DNA of 64,000 bases from Paecilomyces variotii. Taxonomy: Eukaryota. The stretch lies in NCBI GenBank assembly GCA_004022145.1, contig RCNU01000013.1; one strand, 5' to 3'. Position 1 is the first letter of the stretch. Each line of letters starts with the position of its first letter. The translations under genes were made by a program, and so were the position numbers. Below, piece after piece: positions 50,563-63,977 of the stretch. Below the pieces are notes generated by a model. It searched no databases and had not been told where the DNA came from. It worked only from the letters and a program-made list of their open reading frames with translations.

Positions 50563-52102
50563 GGTGATAAGGACGCAGCACACAAATGCAACCCAAAATT
50601 AACCGACCAGGGAGAACTGGCGGCTTCGCTGCCGCAGTTAGATGCACGCCAGCGTTGACAGATTATTTCCAGCACAATATAAGGTTATCCACAGTGTATG
50701 TAGGGGGGCCCCCGGGACGTTTAAACCGTGAGCTTCTTCAGCCAGACCCCAGGGGAGGGCCTGGTGATTGCGCGACACGTCCGGGTGCCAGAATATTCTT
50801 GTTGCTAAACCGTAGTTATGGAGGCCTGGTGTCGCCCCCGAAGAAGACCCGGAATTTTGGGCCCAGCAGAGGGTGGAGGAAGGAAGCCTGGGTAAAGCGA
50901 ATGCCCGCCAACTTGGCTGTGTGTGATCGAGGGGAGCGTTCACGCTCCAGGGTCGCAGGGATGTAGTGGTTGTTGGTTTTGACGAAGGGAGTCCCGGGTT
51001 TGAGACTCCAGCAATAAGGCCGTCACGATATTGCCCGCGATAAACGTGGAATATCAATTGGCAACTAACAACGCGTGTTTCGGTGGTGGTGAGGGACTTT
51101 TCCACAGATTTCCCTGACCGCTCCTCGTCCGAAACGTCGATCGAGATCAGTCAAGATCTGAAGAAAACCGGGAACTCAACGGGCGCGAGTCCTGATCGAA
51201 ACGACAGAATTTGAATTGTTGAAGACGGGGGAGAAAAAAGAGAGAAGAAGAGGAAGATGCGACAGGGTGATAATCACCTTGACGGCGTGTTGGATGGGGA
51301 AGAAGAGAAAAGCAGGGAAAAGGAAAAGAACTAATATTATAACAGCGCACGGCAGCGCAAGCGAGGGGCCACAAGTTTGGAGGCCAAAGTCACATCGGGC
51401 GCCCAAGCTGGCTTAGTGGGCGGATGGGCCCTTTAATAATATTAATATAGCGAGTTCTTTTTTTTTTTTTAAGGTCCAGATTTAGACTGAAAGGAAAGAG
51501 GGGGACAAGAAATAGAATAACCATTATTAGAAGCGAAATTTCCACGACTTTCCTCAGCCACGGCTCATCTAGACTCTGCTGGATTCCCGCGGTATAATTA
51601 ATTGTCTGTTCGCCTGAGACATCCGGGTTCCTGCGCAGAGGAATGTATCATTATTGTTGGTGGTGCATATAGTCCTTTATCGACGGGGGAGATCCTCGTG
51701 GACGCAAGATGTGATGCATGCGCAGAATCAATCGACTCCATCTGGCTTGAACTACTGTTTGCAGGTCATCGAGAACCATATTGTCGTCGCGTAATAATTC
51801 TTATTAGCCTGACTTCAACTCCACCGCCAGATCCACCCGATTTGGTTTTGGAGCGCCAAGAGCACACTTTGGAGTCATACTGGTAGCAAAAGGACCGACC
51901 TTTGTCTCTCTATCCCAAGACATTGAGAGATCAGGTCCGGGGAAAGCCCATCAGCAATAGAGAGAGAGAGAGCGAGGAAGCACAGAAATCGGCTGGACGT
52001 CCTGATCGCCTTTTTCTTTCAGCCCCTCCTTTGACGTCCCCCGCCGCAATCGCAGAAAATCAACGCCCGAACTTCTAGATCCGGGACGGTCATCAAGCCA
52101 GA

Positions 52103-53311
52103 ATGAGTCGCTCCTCCTTCACACTGCGGACGCCATGCTCGTCCGCCAATATCGGACCTGGCTTCGATGTCATCGGTCTGGCCCTGTCGCTGTATATGGA
52201 ACTCCATGTGACCGTGGACTCCTCGAAGAAGACGTCGTCGCAACCGCTCAACTGCGTGATCACATATGAGGACCAGAGTGGGAGCACGGAGCAGATCAGC
52301 TTGGACCCGGAGGTCAACCTGATCACGCGCGTAGCCCTCTATGTTCTGCGATGTCATGAGCAGCGAGCGTTTCCCGTGGAAACCCACGTTCACATTGTAA
52401 ATCCCATTCCGCTGAGTCGAGGGCTGGGTTCGTCAGGCACTGCGGTCGTAGCAGGGGTCATGCTGGGCAATGAAGTCGGTCGACTAGGACTGAGTAAAGA
52501 GCGGTTACTGGATTACTGTTTGATGATCGGTACGTCGATGGCTTGGATCTGCCCATCTTCAACTTTTTCGAAGGACAATGACTAACCCATGGCTTTCCAC
52601 GCTGTGTAGAGCGACACCCCGATAATGTGGCTGCAACCTTGTTCGGAGGATTTGTTGGAACATACTTGAATGAGCTCAAGCCTGAAGACGTCGCCCGCAA
52701 GGAGATCCCACTGAGTGAAGTTCTGCCTGCGCCTGCTGGTGGTGTCGATACAGGCAAGAGGCCTCCAGAGCCGCCGCTGGGCATTGGTCACTACAGGAAG
52801 TTTGGCTGGGCAAAGGAAATCAAGGCGATCGCCATCATTCCTGATTTCGTCGTACCGACCGCCAAAGCCCGTGATGTGTTGCCCAAGTCATATTCTAGAG
52901 CGGATGTCGTAAGTTCTAGCGGTTGAGATCCTCTTGAGTCGTCCCAAGACTGACCATATCGTGTAGATCTTTAACCTGCAGCGTGCCGCTCTCCTGCCCG
53001 CAGCTCTGGGTACTTCACCCCCAGATCCCGACACGATCTATTTGGCTATGCAGGATAAGGTCCACCAGCCGTATCGACAGGGCCTCATCCCGGGGTTGAC
53101 GGAGATTCTGCAGTCCATGAACCCGAGCACGCAGCCAGGGTTGCTTGGTATCTGTCTTTCCGGAGCTGGTCCCACCATTCTGGCGCTGGCGACCGGAAAC
53201 TTCGAAGAGATTGCTGACCGTATCATTGCAAAGTTCTCCTCGCAGAATATCTCCTGCAAGTGGAAGCTGCTGGAACCGGCCCACGAAGGCACAACGGTGG
53301 AGTGGAAGTAA
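52103..53311 (+). CDS. THR1: Homoserine kinase; introns 52530-52609 and 52909-52966
   Basis: SSANIGPGFD, IPLSRGLGSSG (GHMP motif), ERHPDN, DKVHQPYR, LSGAGPT. Confidence 0.95.
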
Positions 53312-55186
53312 TTCTTTCTCCGATTGACCATCAAGTCTTCTTCCCCATACTCTCGCTTCTGTGAAGTACCGCGGACACGGAGCAGAATTTCCTGCGTTCT
53401 CTCACGTAAGGATGCAAGAAAAGGTGTCTGATGAAGTGGATATCGTGCTGCAGGGAAAAGGCAGCAATCAAAGGCGCGTGAGATCCGAGTCACGGTTTAT
53501 GTCTACCGGCAGCGGACTCGCACCCTATGCGCATCAATAGTGCTAGGTTAATCCCCCAAAAAAGCCACATGGGAGAAGAAACATTCTCCCTCGACTTGAC
53601 TGAAATGTGTGTAAAAAGTGATGATATAACGAGGTGTAAAACGAAAACAGATAGAATAGAAAACGGCAACCAGGGAGTATAGAGGTCTAGCCGATACCTA
53701 AACCAGGCCTGTCGGCGCAAAGACACCAGAACCTAGACCTGCTCAGCTCGCTCTAATCTACAAAAAAACAAAAAGCTTAATCTCCTGTAATTTTATTCCA
53801 GACTCTAGCCTGCCTGGGTGGTGGCTTTTTACTATGAAACAGGAGTTCTTAGCATTTCTAAACTCACCATCAAGGCTCTTTCAGCGGCTCGAACAGGATA
53901 CCAGGAAAGGTCATATTGATCATGCGACCCTGTGTCCTATCACAACAGTAGAAGAGTATAAATAGGACCTAGCGTATTTCGTGCTCGTAGAACGTCAACC
54001 TTCCAAGCCTCACTCCCTGTAACATGCTCTAGTCCGCGCGCGGAGGATCTGCGCACGATGTAGTTAGTTAGGTACCTTAGTTACTAGAGTCTTAGAGTAA
54101 CTAGGTCTGAGGTTTGAGCCTCGATGATCTAATTGATAATTTGATAGGATTTCCAAGGACCAACAAGGGGCTCTAGAGTCTGGCCACCAAACTAGGCTAC
54201 TGCCACAGCGAGGTCTTTCCCCCATAAAGCTTGTTGCTGTTCTGGTGTTTCATCTTTTTTTCCACGATGGCTTTATTCGCGAAGAAAAAAAAGCCCTGAT
54301 AGTCTTAGCTTTTTCATATCTCGATCTGCCGTGGAGAAAGGCGTCGTCAGCTGTTATTTGACCCCCGGGGCGAAGACCTCTTAGCCTGTAACAGGTGAAT
54401 GTGTATGGAGGGAGTAATAAGTAACAGCTGGCACTGTTACATGGGGATTGGGGGCCAGGTAAGAGTTGTAAGAATATAATAATAGTTAGCATGGCAGTTG
54501 GTGACTGGCTATGCAAAGTAATACAGAGCACAGAGTTGGTATATATAATAATGTTCTGGAAGGTTATCTGATGTGATTCTATTTGGAACTAACTACTTAA
54601 TTAGTAGTACTAAGTTATCGCCACTGGGAAACTAGTGAGATGAGCAAGACCCAGCGGACACTCCCGTTACCGTTATATTACCCTCCTTTTGCTGCCAGAC
54701 TACCATTTTCCAGTGCATAAACCAGCACGCCATGCCGTCCAGGGCGGTATTACAGATACATCGCCGCAGAGTGGAGGGTCGAGACAGCTGACGCTACAGC
54801 CTCCGAAGGGCCATGTATCTTTTTGGGGGCATAACTATCATTGTCACTCCCTCACTCCCTCTTCCACTCCACCGCTAATAATACTCTAATCATTCTCTTC
54901 GTGGAACAGAGATCTGTCTCCCCTCTTTCTGGTCTCTTTCTTTCTTTCTTTCTCACCGCCTCCTTGGCTCTTGTCGACTTCCGTAACGCCAACGCCCCCT
55001 TGCGGAGGTACACGACATCTCCCCGTCTGGCCTGGTTCCCTGGTACGGCGAATCCCCCGGTTCATCGCGGATATCCATGATACTTTGAGCGCACAAACGG
55101 GCGTCCCTCGAAGGACGCATTCCCGCTATTCGTGGTCCCTTCGTTTCCCTCCAATAATTAATTATATCGTGTCCTCTGTTGCCGGG

Positions 55187-57216
55187 ATGTTCTCGACTTC
55201 TCCATGGAGAGGCCGAAAGGGCACTGTGGCTGCTCTGTCATCATGGCTATCGCTACTGTTCCTCAGCTGTCCTCTGACGGTTACGGCGAAGTCAGCTTCA
55301 GATTATTATGTCCCCTCGCTTCCAGGAGCACCGGATGGGCCGCTCCTGAAAATGCATGCTGGGTAAGTCAATCACTACGGAGGAGACTTCTTGTCTCCGG
55401 GAGGATCTTGTTGCCGGATAGCGCTGACATCTTGTGTGTTAAGACATATCGAGGTTGATCAGGAACATAACGGACACCTATTCTTCTGGCATTTCCAGAA
55501 CCGACATATCGCCAACAGACAACGGACGGTGATCTGGCTCAATGGCGGTCCGGGATGCAGCTCTCTAGATGGAGCTTTGATGGAAGTTGGACCCTATAGA
55601 TTGAAGGATGACCATACATTGGAGTATAATAATGGATCGTGGGATGAATTCGCGAATCTCCTCTTCGTCGATCAGCCGGTCGGAACTGGCTTCAGTTATG
55701 TCAATACGAACAGTTTCCTGCACGAGTTGGATGAAATGGGTGCTCAGTTCATCACCTTCCTGACCAACTGGTTTCAATTGTTTCCGGAATATGAGAACGA
55801 TGATGTATGTGAATATTTTTGTCGGAGGTCATGACGTGCTGGCTAACTGAACTGATTCTGCAGATTTACATTGCAGGAGAGTCATACGCCGGTCAGCATA
55901 TCCCGTATATTACCAAGCATATACTTGAACGGAACAAGGACGCAGCTGCGAGTGGCAAGGCGAAGTGGAATGTCCGTGGTCTACTCATCGGAAACGGCTG
56001 GGTATCTCCAGCGGACCAATACCCGTCCTACCTCGAGTTCGCATACAAGGAGGGCATTGTTCAGACCGGCAGCCAGAAGGCGAATAATCTAGAGGCGTTG
56101 CAATCTGCATGCATATCTACTCTGACCGCTCCAGGCGGAACCGAGCATGTCGATAACGGTAAATGCGAGGAGGTTCTGCAGGAACTCTTGAGATTGACGG
56201 CGGATAATGGTGGGCAGTGCTATAATATGTACGATGTCCGTCTGCGTGACGAGTACCCGTCATGTGGAATGAATTGGCCTCCAGATCTGGTAAATGTCAA
56301 GCCGTATCTGCGCCAGCCAGAAGTTGTCAAAGCGTTGAACATCAACCCGGACAAGAAGACTGGCTGGGAAGAATGCTCGGGCGCGGTCAGCAGTTCATTC
56401 CGTGCGAAGCATTCGCTACCAGCCATTGACCTCCTTCCGGATATTCTTGAATCGGGCGTCCCCATCCTTCTCTTTAGTGGAGACAAAGACCTGATCTGCA
56501 ATCACCTGGGCACCGAACAGTTGATTCATAACATGAAGTGGGGTGGCGGCTCTGGATTTGAGCTGTCCCCCGGGATTTGGGCACCGAGACGTGACTGGAC
56601 ATTTGAGGGAGAACCGGCCGGTCTATATCAGCAGGCAAGGAATCTGACATATGTGCTCTTCTACAACGCAAGCCACATGGTGCCGTTCGATTTTCCTCGC
56701 CGGACCCGTGACATGCTTGATCGATTTATGAAGGTCGACATCGCCAGCATTGGTGGTACTCCTGCTGATTCTCGCATCGACGGCGAGAAATTGCCTCAAA
56801 CCTCCGTCGGAGGCCAACCGAACAGTACGACGGCGGAAGAAAAGGAGAAGGAGAGGCTAAAGGAAGCGACGTGGAAAGCGTATGCTAAATCAGGCGAGAC
56901 AGCCCTCGTCATTGTCATTATCGGTGTTTCTGTCTGGGGTTATTTCATCTGGCGCAGTCGCCGCAACCGCCGGGGCTACCGCGAGGTCCGACAGAGGGGC
57001 CGCAGGAGTACGGCCTCGGCATTGGAACGCTTCCGTAGCAGAAGCAATGGTACAGACATCGAAGCGGGCGATTTTGACGAGACCACGCTCGACCAGTTGT
57101 CTACTCCGAGGACAGACCAGGATCGTTTCTCCGTAGGAGCTGAAGACAGCGAGGACGAAGCCGCTGCGCGCCGTAATGGTGCCACAGGCACTTCAGCACC
57201 GCACAAGGCATCTTAG
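55187..57216 (+). CDS. KEX1: Pheromone-processing serine carboxypeptidase Kex1; introns 55363-55443 and 55805-55863
   Basis: Signal peptide, [32 protein letters not shown]-terminal TM segment and acidic tail. Confidence 0.92.
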
Positions 57217-57698
57217 AAGGAGAATCGAGAGGTAGTCGTTTTAATACAACGCTACCCTTGATCTTATAAGCATTCGGTTTTTTGGTGTCGATCTGTTCTA
57301 TTTTTGTATATATGTCGACTTTTCATCGGGAGCATTTACTACTATCACGGCGCGGTACTCTGAGACATGAAATATAGACTACTTATTCTCTTACTTGATA
57401 CCAGTCACTGGTAGGACACGGCGGTTAGCAATAGATTAAATTTCCAATTTGCAGAATTCAATCAGAGTTTGCGATCATAATCCCGTCACTGAGTCAATCA
57501 ATATCTAAATCAAAATATGATATATATTTCCCCCTCCCTCAATTCCTCTCCTTTCCCTCTATATGCAATATATGTAGATAACATGACGATACCAGAAGAG
57601 CCATCCACATGACGTAAAAGAGAAAAGACGGAAGATATATAATATAAAATGCATGCACTTTTTTCTTGTTCCAAATTAATGATACATGATATAGAGCT

Positions 57699-59111
57699 CT
57701 ACCTCTGAACAACCCACACTTTGACACTTCCATCATCTGCCGTTGTGATCAGAATCTCCTCTTCCGCAGCAGCAGAGGAAGAAGAAGTATTGAGCACCTC
57801 CTCGCCCTGTTGACGGCGCGGACGCTTTGCCCAGCAGATATGGTTGACTTCGTAGATACCATGTGCGGCCTCGATCGTGGCGAGGACGGTCCACTCTGTT
57901 CGGAGAGTGGGGTCGATAGAAGATGTATTCTGGGGGGTTTCACTTTCGATTTCCATTGGTTGTGTGTCTTCAGAGGAAGCAGTAGTAGTAGGAACAGTGG
58001 TTGTGCTGTCCGCAGGAACGAATCGTTCCTCGTATACAACAATCCTACCGTCCGCGCCGGTGGATGCGACGAGACCACTCCGCTTGCTCCATGCGACGGT
58101 GTAGATCGATAGCTCGTGCGCTTTCGGGAGTACGCTCTCTTCATACCATGTCTCGTCGAGGCCAGTTGGGCGAATGATGCTAGGGATTTCGGAGCCGGCT
58201 GAACGCTGCTCTTTCGGCTGTCTGCGCCAGATACGGACTGTGCGATCATCAGAGCAGGAGACGAGCCGTGGTCCAGATAGTGCATGGTGTTCTTTCCATC
58301 TGCGGAGTTTCGATTCATATTCTCCTTCTTCTTCTCCTGATGTGTTCGTTGCAGATGGTCCATTCTCAACTCCTTCCCAATCAATATACCAAACCGTACC
58401 ACCATGACCTCTCAAACACGCCACCTGGCCCCAATCATCAATATCCTCCCTCCACAATCTGATCGTATCATCATAACTCGCACTAGCAAGACATTCCTCG
58501 ACCGGATGCCACGAAACGCACTTCACATCCCCCGAATGCTCCTGCATGACCGCCACTGTCTCGAAGTTATTATCCCCATCGTCCAGATCCTCCCAGATCC
58601 ATATCGATTTATCCCGCGAGCATGTAGCCAGGAGCGTCCCCGAAGGCGACCACGATACGGACTTGACTTCGCTATCATGTCCATCTAACAGGACCGCAAA
58701 GCGCCACTCTTCATCTTCGTCTTCGTTATCGCTTCCCGATCCATTTGCCCCAGGGGCGCTGAACCTCCAACCCTCCTCTTCCTGCTCTTCCTCCACCCCA
58801 TCCGCATTCCGACCATAATTATCCCACCGTCTCCAAATCCCCACTGTTGCGTCAAAGCTACCTGTCGCGAGAACACTCTCGCCCTTCACGAGCGGTTTCC
58901 ACGCACAGCTGCGGACGCTGCGCTTATGGCCGCCTGATATCGTAGAGAGGAGATGGAAATTTGTTAGCGAGTATACTCGCACCGTCTTGTCGGAGCTGCA
59001 TGTCGCGACGATGGGTTGCGTGGGGTGAGGTGAGGTTAACCAGCATCGTTCCGTCGATGGAGGGGTGAGATCGGCGAGATGCGATATCGAGGCGGGTTTG
59101 CGCCCGGCCAT
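57699..59111 (-). CDS. CIA1: Cytosolic Fe-S assembly WD40 protein Cia1
   Basis: HKRSVRS, GHDSEVKSVSW, LLATCSRDKSIWIWE, EHSGDVKCVSWHP, LASASYDDTIRLW, HGIYEVN. Confidence 0.93.
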   Translation of the reverse strand: MAGRKPASISHLADLTPPSTERCWLTSPHPTQPIVATCSSDKTVRVYSLTNFHLLSTISGGHKRSVRSCAWKPLVKGESVLATGSFDATVGIWRRWDNYGRNADGVEEEQEEEGWRFSAPGANGSGSDNEDEDEEWRFAVLLDGHDSEVKSVSWSPSGTLLATCSRDKSIWIWEDLDDGDNNFETVAVMQEHSGDVKCVSWHPVEECLASASYDDTIRLWREDIDDWGQVACLRGHGGTVWYIDWEGVENGPSATNTSGEEEGEYESKLRRWKEHHALSGPRLVSCSDDRTVRIWRRQPKEQRSAGSEIPSIIRPTGLDETWYEESVLPKAHELSIYTVAWSKRSGLVASTGADGRIVVYEERFVPADSTTTVPTTTASSEDTQPMEIESETPQNTSSIDPTLRTEWTVLATIEAAHGIYEVNHICWAKRPRRQQGEEVLNTSSSSAAAEEEILITTADDGSVKVWVVQR

Positions 59112-59628
59112 GATAAGAATTGTAATTGAATTGAATTATGTCTGGAGAGAGGGAGAGGGGGGTTTTGAACACCCTATGTATGTGTGAGTGTGTGTGGTTT
59201 TGGTTCTTGCGTGACCTTGTGCAGGTCGGGTGGAAAGTTTGGTGGTTGTTGCGGGGTTAGTAATTGATCGATGATTGATAAGGAGGCGCTAACTTATCGA
59301 TTTATAGCACATACTACATACAAACCCAGAGTTAACGTTCACATAACATACGTGGTTGGAACTACTGATCAAGACCGTGGCTTTCAAAAGGGACCGGGAA
59401 CTTAGAAGCCATGGAAAAAAGCCATTATGCATTTAAACCGAAACGAACACAAATCGCGAGGGAACTAGCATGAACCCATCTACGTATCTATACTCGATTA
59501 CCCGTCCTTCAGTTCCCCATCCTTCTTCCCCCAGGGACCGAACCGCATATATAACCCAATCCGTCCAGAAGAACATGCAGCCCGAAAATGAAAATGATCA
59601 AAAAAAAAAAAAAAATCAAGAATCGCGT

Positions 59629-62583
59629 TCAACTCTGCGCCTGAGAAATGCCTTCGTTGATAACCCGTTCATAGAACGTGCCATGGCAAAGCCAATCAAC
59701 TTCTTTGACTTTCTCGAGCTCATCAACTAATTTGCCAACCTCGTTCACAAATTCAGGCATTCCCGCTGCAGCCAGGCTTTGGCTGGCAGTCGAGGTGGCT
59801 TTCACCCTCTCATTCGCGCTCGACGCACTCAAGCGTGCAAATACGTGCGCCCGCAGACGCGAAAGGATTAGACGTGCTACCGGGTCGGAAAAGTACGTCG
59901 TAGAAGCTTCCGGTTCACCAGCAGACGAAGTGGGCCGATCGCTGGAACTAGCACTCTGCTCGGACATAATTTCGACAGATGCTCGCTGTTGACAAGAAGC
60001 AGAGGCTGCTGACGCGGCAGCGACAGGCGCAAGGACACGCTTGATGGTGCCGGCCAGCTGTGACCTGGCTGTCGCCGGCATCGGGTGCGTTGACTCGAGG
60101 ATCGATTGCACGCGATCCGGCTTGGCTTCAGTAAACTCAAGTGAGACGATACGATCGGCCTCCGTCTTCCACTGAGACCGGGCATCACGTTTCAGGAGGT
60201 TCTTCGCTGTCAACAGGATCGAGGCTGTCCCAACGATCCTGAAAGCGCTGGCGTGAAGTCTCTCCAACCGCTCGCGGTCAAGGTCCAATGTCTCCGGGAT
60301 GAGCTCCGGTGACACAGCAGCATTGCTGAAAACCAAATCAACGAGTCCTTGAGTGTAGATTCTCGAAGCTGGAGGCACGGCAGTAGGATTGACATTCTCA
60401 GGATCACGCTTCTTCATCTCCTCGACGACAGCTGCCCGGTTGATTCGCCAAAATCGTCGGGTCTTCTGCAGACTTATCGAACCGTCCTGGAGACCCCTCT
60501 CAAACGTCCTCTGCTCATAACCCGGAGCTTCCTGAATAAGCTGGGGAGCCGCTGCCCGGATCATGAAATTAGTGTGATCCAGAGATAGAAGGTCGATAAT
60601 ACCCATCAACCGCGCGAGCCGATCGATTGCGTCCCCTGACTTGTCCTCTGCGAAAGCTTTGACTTCGGGGTCTCGGTAAGGAGCACATAGCTTGGGCAAT
60701 ATAGTGCTCATGAAATCAAAGAATGCGTCGTATGAAAAGGTACCGGCCTTGCACTGGTTTTCGACGAGCTTCGGGTCGAGGACCTCGCTGATCAGAACGT
60801 GCAATGAATTTCCTGCCCTGAGAGAGCGCAAGAGTCTGTCTTGTATGACAGTAGCCATTGCAACTATCCAGTTAACACCTAGACCTGCTTCTACATCCTG
60901 CCTCATCATATCGCACATATGCTTCATGATCTGCTTCCGCGGCTCCGTGTAGGGTTCTTGTTCGATCTTGTACTCCTTATTGACCAACAGTTCATGTACG
61001 AGGGCCCGATTTTCGGGTAGAGCAGTCAGCGCTCTAGTGAAGCGCTCATGAGGGGAAATTCTCTGCTTGTCCAGCTCTTGCAATACAGTACCATCAACAT
61101 TGTTGAAGCTCTCACTGAGGGGAGACGCAACGCTCTCCGGGAGAACCGAAGACGATGCAACTTCAGCAGAACGTGGAATGGCTTGCGTGGAGGATGCAGC
61201 TCGCTTCTTTTCTCGCTTCGCCTTCTTCAAAGCATCCCTGACCATCTGCATCGCACGATCCGGGCCTGCCAAACGCTTCAATCTGGCGAGCAAGAGGATC
61301 TGATTCTGCCTGATGCCTTGTTGGTACTCGTCTGCTGCTCCACCGGCACGGTCATCCTTCACCGTCTGCCAGATTAGTTCCAGTTCGATAAATTGAGCAA
61401 GCATGATCTCAATCAACACGGTAGAGTCACGCGCTTTCCAGGAGTGGAAAGCAGAGAAGAATACGTTATATGACTCGGATAACGCTTGGAGTTCGGTAGA
61501 AAGGGACTGAAGAGAACAACAATCCGACGACAGCTGTGTGGTCAATTGCTCGAAAGCAACTAGCAAGTCCCGCGCCTTTGCAATCAGGTCTTGCTCCTGC
61601 TCTCCGTTACTGCTCAAGACCTGCGTAGGGTGTGTCAAGATCAAGTAGCTGCTGAGAAAAGTACGAACAGCACCTCGTTCGCCCATTGTACCGCTTTCCA
61701 TATCTTGCAGCCCACACAGTCGAAGGACCTTTGCCATCGTATCCAAAACACTCTGCTCGGCAAGTAACGAGCCTACTTCTTCGAACGACATGGTGCGGAT
61801 GCGCTCCAGGGAGAGATCAAGTGCGCGGAAGCTCTCCATAACTACCTTCGCGTGGTGCCTCCGCCATGCCTTCTGAATTCTTCTGGCCGCAGATTCCGGA
61901 GTAAGGGATTTAACTGCGTCCCTGACGGGCTTCTTGTCTTCCATGCTGGGCAAGCTACTGGTACGGCGTCGACGCTGATTCTGCTGGTAATTCAAGCGTC
62001 TCTTTTCAGTTTCTGCGAACTTCTCGGCCATCTCGAGGCGCAGTCGGGCATGCTCAGCAGCTCTCTTCTCCTTGTTATCCTCCGCCTTCTGCTTTGCCCG
62101 TCTCACTTCCTCTTCGCACTTCGCCGTGATTTCCGCGAGCAGACGTTCCCGAGCCTGCTGTGCGGCCAACGCTCTCTCCTCTCTCTGCAGGTTTCTGGTA
62201 GCAGCCTTCGCCAGCGCCGCTCGAAGTCGAACCTTCTCCGCGTGCGCGGCCCTGTCTGCGAGTCTCGCCTTGCGCGTCTCGATAATGGATGCCCGCCGCA
62301 GATGTTGTGCAAGGTGATCGCTCTGTGGTCCGCCGTGGGCGGAGACATTTGAATGATGGGAATGGATGGATGATATGGAACTGCGACGCGATGACACAGT
62401 AGAAGACCGTCTCACGCCGTTCGATTTTCTGTAGAACCGGGCAGCGATGTGAGGCGGTAATGATAGCGAGTTCGTCTGATTGTCGGATAGCATCTCGATA
62501 TCTTCCTTATCTGAGTCATTCACCGGGGGTTCCGGTCCTGCATCGGGTAACTGGAGCTCAAGATCGGAATTACGACGGATCAT
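59629..62583 (-). CDS. T-complex protein 11 (TCP11/Sok1-like) family protein with an IQ-like motif
   Basis: 984-aa ORF; AARRIQKAWRR IQ-like motif; LCAPYRD and PETLDLDRERL match the TCP11 family patterns CAPxRD and PETLxLD. Confidence 0.75.
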   Translation of the reverse strand: MIRRNSDLELQLPDAGPEPPVNDSDKEDIEMLSDNQTNSLSLPPHIAARFYRKSNGVRRSSTVSSRRSSISSIHSHHSNVSAHGGPQSDHLAQHLRRASIIETRKARLADRAAHAEKVRLRAALAKAATRNLQREERALAAQQARERLLAEITAKCEEEVRRAKQKAEDNKEKRAAEHARLRLEMAEKFAETEKRRLNYQQNQRRRRTSSLPSMEDKKPVRDAVKSLTPESAARRIQKAWRRHHAKVVMESFRALDLSLERIRTMSFEEVGSLLAEQSVLDTMAKVLRLCGLQDMESGTMGERGAVRTFLSSYLILTHPTQVLSSNGEQEQDLIAKARDLLVAFEQLTTQLSSDCCSLQSLSTELQALSESYNVFFSAFHSWKARDSTVLIEIMLAQFIELELIWQTVKDDRAGGAADEYQQGIRQNQILLLARLKRLAGPDRAMQMVRDALKKAKREKKRAASSTQAIPRSAEVASSSVLPESVASPLSESFNNVDGTVLQELDKQRISPHERFTRALTALPENRALVHELLVNKEYKIEQEPYTEPRKQIMKHMCDMMRQDVEAGLGVNWIVAMATVIQDRLLRSLRAGNSLHVLISEVLDPKLVENQCKAGTFSYDAFFDFMSTILPKLCAPYRDPEVKAFAEDKSGDAIDRLARLMGIIDLLSLDHTNFMIRAAAPQLIQEAPGYEQRTFERGLQDGSISLQKTRRFWRINRAAVVEEMKKRDPENVNPTAVPPASRIYTQGLVDLVFSNAAVSPELIPETLDLDRERLERLHASAFRIVGTASILLTAKNLLKRDARSQWKTEADRIVSLEFTEAKPDRVQSILESTHPMPATARSQLAGTIKRVLAPVAAASAASASCQQRASVEIMSEQSASSSDRPTSSAGEPEASTTYFSDPVARLILSRLRAHVFARLSASSANERVKATSTASQSLAAAGMPEFVNEVGKLVDELEKVKEVDWLCHGTFYERVINEGISQAQS

Positions 62584-63413
62584 GTCTGGGATGTAGTGAA
62601 TCTGGCCTCAGGGATATGTCGAGAAAAGAAAACACAACTGGAGAAATATAGATACGAATGGAAAGGGAAATGCGGACAATTAAGGATAGCGTTGTCGATG
62701 CTCAAGGAGAAGTCGCGTAGGATTGCCGCGGCCTTCCTCTAGAGATGAGACAGATCCAGGCGTTCAGGCTGGGGCTTGTTAGCGGTGGGTTGTTTCAGCT
62801 GACGAAAGTCAGACAACAGGTGATCTGCACGCAGTTTCATCAAAGATAGGCAGCCCGACAAAAGAAGGCTAGGCTGCTGAGAAACAAGATATATAGCATA
62901 GGTAAATAAAGGATCAACGAAAGGATTGTCAAGAAGAAGAAGAAGAGAAGAAGAAGGGGGGCAAACGAAGCGCCCAAGCGTCATCAAACAGTGAAGTCCG
63001 CTTCCGTCCGGCTTGTGGCAAGTCGCAGGGCCAAACGTCACGAGCGGGCATCCGCAGCTTAGTCACGGCAGGAAGAAGCCAGTCTAACTACAGTATGGTA
63101 GCTATCTAGTAGTCCTTTCTATACTCTAAGAAGCTAGAGAATAGATGATTTTAGAGCAGGATGGATTGATAACGTCAGATAGTGACAGAAGCACGAGCCA
63201 CCCGGCTGATAATCAATAGCCCCAGAATGCCCAGACATGTTGACCCTCCACATCTGTATATGCCCTCGAGGCCGGGACTGTTGAATAACCACATACTCTT
63301 CTAGAAGAATATCTCCTTCTGGCACCTAACTACTTTACTTGTTTCATGTAGGAAAGAGCACTTAAGAATCTTTGCTAGTTCTATTAATAGGAGATCTCGT
63401 CCCGCCACGCACC

Positions 63414-63977
63414 TTAATCTACGAAGCTGACTCGTATTGGTATCAGTCTGATGTGACATAGATTGGATCTCTCCTGGTGCTGATATCGCAACTTCCCAAT
63501 CTGGCTAGGTGACATGTTCAAGGACTCCCTGTCAAGTACTCCAGTCATGTGCGCTATAGCACCGGGAAAGGCCTCAAAAGATACTCGCAGGTAAGACGTA
63601 CAAGCGCGCTCGAACGCCTTCTGAGGCAGGTTATATTCTGACACGACCCAAGAAGAAAAGCTCCATTCTTTCTCGGGCATACTTCCAACAGGCTGCCCGT
63701 CCTGCCCAGCAGTTTTGCGTATGACGCATATTTTTATCCAACGAGGCAGCAGGGTGAATTTCGTTCATGTCCCCCATTCAGGGCTAGAAAGCAGCTTCAC
63801 ACAGACAGGACAGGACAGCTTTTTCTTTTCTGTCACATGGTCTCTGAGGAAGGACCGTTGTTCCCTTAGGTGCTTGCACCGAAGCCCTGAGAACCGCTCA
63901 GAGTGCGGCGAGAATAGTCCCTGACACAAGGGAAAATGTGGCGTAGGAGAGGAAAGTGAATTAAGCCAAGATAGCAT
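63414..63977 (-). pseudogene. Possible degenerate ORF of unknown product, may extend beyond the window
   Basis: ORFs 63765..63977 and 63414..63680 are in the same frame, separated by one TGA and 28 open codons; contains CPVC. Confidence 0.25.
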